Source of the DNA: Candidatus Latescibacterota bacterium
Lineage (GTDB): Bacteria > Latescibacterota > UBA2968 > GCA-2709665
Assembly: GCA_965248435.1 (NCBI GenBank)
Contig: OZ252100.1
Span: forward strand, 2,400,001-2,464,000
Direction: 5' to 3'
DNA: 64,000 nucleotides
The notes beneath the pieces were generated by a model that worked only from the letters and a program-made list of their open reading frames with translations, was not told the origin of the DNA and made no database searches. A program made the position numbers and the translations under genes. This document shows positions 62,907 through 64,000 of this stretch, piece by piece. Position 1 is the first letter of the stretch. Each line of letters starts with the position of its first letter.

Positions 62907-63124
62907 TCCCGTACAGCCCGTAGATAATCGTCTACCGCAAGTCCCTTCGGCAGTTTGCCTTGTCCACGCCACTTGTGAAAGACATCTTCGGATTGAACCT
63001 TCCGCGCCACCAGAACCCCTTCCACTGCTTCGAAATCCAGCACTGTGCCGGTTTTCAACCCAAGCTTTTCGCGGCAGGACTTGGGCACGGTTACCTGACC
63101 TTTGGACGAGAGTTTTGCCTTCAT
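62903..63124 (-). CDS. AbrB/MazE-type antitoxin
   Basis: SKGQVTVPKSCREKLGLK.G. Confidence 0.9.
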   Translation of the reverse strand: MKAKLSSKGQVTVPKSCREKLGLKTGTVLDFEAVEGVLVARKVQSEDVFHKWRGQGKLPKGLAVDDYLRAVRE

Positions 63125-63157
63125 ACCGGCTCCTTACTTTTTGTTTCCCACAGCGAT

Positions 63158-63196
63158 TCCTACTTTAAAGGTAGGATTTCTTACTAATTTTGTCAA
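63158..63196 (-). promoter_or_regulatory. TA promoter and operator
   Basis: Minus strand TTGACA-17 nt-TACCTT; IR TCCTAC-n7-GTAGGA over the -10. Confidence 0.65.
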
Positions 63197-63355
63197 GGTC
63201 ATGCCCGGAACTAACAACACGTTGCCAGAACGAGAACTGGTCTGAACACAAGACAAGGGATGTGTAAGGGAGGGCCGTCTTATTCTCCAAAGCCCACTAG
63301 ATTGAGTAGATCAATCCCAGCCGAATCGGTCGATAGTAAAACCCCGGTAAAGCTC

Positions 63356-63393
63356 TTGCCAAACGGCTCGAATGTTATTACTATAGTAATAAC
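63356..63393 (+). promoter_or_regulatory. TA promoter with perfect 20-bp operator
   Basis: TTGCCA-17 nt-TACTAT; palindrome GTTATTACTATAGTAATAAC at 63374-63393. Confidence 0.75.
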
Positions 63394-63413
63394 TCCACGG
63401 GAGGGTGCTCTTC

Positions 63414-63641
63414 ATGATTGAACTCAAGGTCCGCAAATTCGGCAACTCGCTCGGGGTCGTCCTGCCGAAGGAAGTCATCAACCGGCTGCGTACGAAAGAC
63501 GGGGAACCCTTGTACCTGATCGAAGGGCCGGACGGTGGCTACCAGCTTTCGCCCTACGATCCCGCTTTTGAAAAGAAGATGGCGAAGGCCGAAGACATTA
63601 TTGGCCGCTACCGCAACGCGCTGCATGCTTTGGCCAAGTGA
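63414..63641 (+). CDS. AbrB/MazE-type antitoxin
   Basis: KVRKFGNSLGVVLPKE, YRNAL..LAK. Confidence 0.92.
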   Translation: MIELKVRKFGNSLGVVLPKEVINRLRTKDGEPLYLIEGPDGGYQLSPYDPAFEKKMAKAEDIIGRYRNALHALAK

Positions 63642-64000
63642 ACGAACCGGTCTGGATCGAGAAGCAAGACGCGCTGCTGCTGCACGACCGCCTGATGGCT
63701 CTGCACGGCGGCGCGGCGGGCTTACGTGAGGAAGGCTTGCTGCAATCCGCCCTGGCGCGGCCGCGGCAGTCTTACGCTTATACGGAAAAACCGGACACCA
63801 TCGACATGGCGACTGCCTACACGGCGGGTATCCTCGACAACCATCCTTTTTTTGTTGACGGCAACAAGCGCACTGGCTTTTTGGTCGGCGTCCTGTTTCT
63901 GGAGTTGAACGGGTGTCGCTTCACCGCCACAGAAGAGGACGCGGCTCAGGCCGTTCTGGAACTGGCAGCCGGTGCACTCGATGAAGCGGGCTACACGGCT
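63638..64000 (+). CDS. doc: Doc/Fic family toxin, runs off the window edge (absent from ORF track)
   Basis: Manual translation: HGG..GLR.EGLLQSALARP...NHPFFVDGNKRTG. Confidence 0.9.
   Translation, partial: MNEPVWIEKQDALLLHDRLMALHGGAAGLREEGLLQSALARPRQSYAYTEKPDTIDMATAYTAGILDNHPFFVDGNKRTGFLVGVLFLELNGCRFTATEEDAAQAVLELAAGALDEAGYTA

Noticed and set aside
51900-64000. Integron cassette array or prophage
   Set aside because: No integrase, no consistent attC sites, mixed gene orientations and no phage genes

Overview
GC-rich diderm bacterial chromosome segment; the gene content resembles uncultured Latescibacterota/Poribacteria-type heterotrophs, but that is inference only. I recognised no rRNA, tRNA, CRISPR array, integrase or transposase. 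Layout: (i) 1-3.9 kb, a minus-strand secreted LamG/TPR + WD40 cassette preceded by a candidate ~90-nt terminated RNA; (ii) 4.2-37.5 kb, an almost unidirectional catabolic tract with no regulator seen (malate synthase, MlrC, GH32/GH29/GHL10-like hydrolases, enolase-superfamily enzymes, SDRs, lactonases, transporters), carrying three frameshifts and two gene remnants; (iii) 40.6-58.4 kb, a two-operon signalling network: TonB receptor, Amt-PAS-HK-REC fusion, REC-HK, YfiR, CHASE8/HAMP-HK-REC and a membrane-sensor HK-REC, converging on REC-GAF, FapA and a REC-pseudokinase; (iv) 58.6-64 kb, a porin, two orphan binding proteins and three of the five type II TA modules. Many intergenic gaps hold short palindromic or heptamer/octamer repeats of at least 7 families. 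Top leads: the ammonium-sensing/TonB/YfiR phosphorelay; a DUF559 nuclease abutting a dispersed palindrome family; and 23-37 bp mini-elements inserted, nested and without target duplication, inside one copy of that palindrome.
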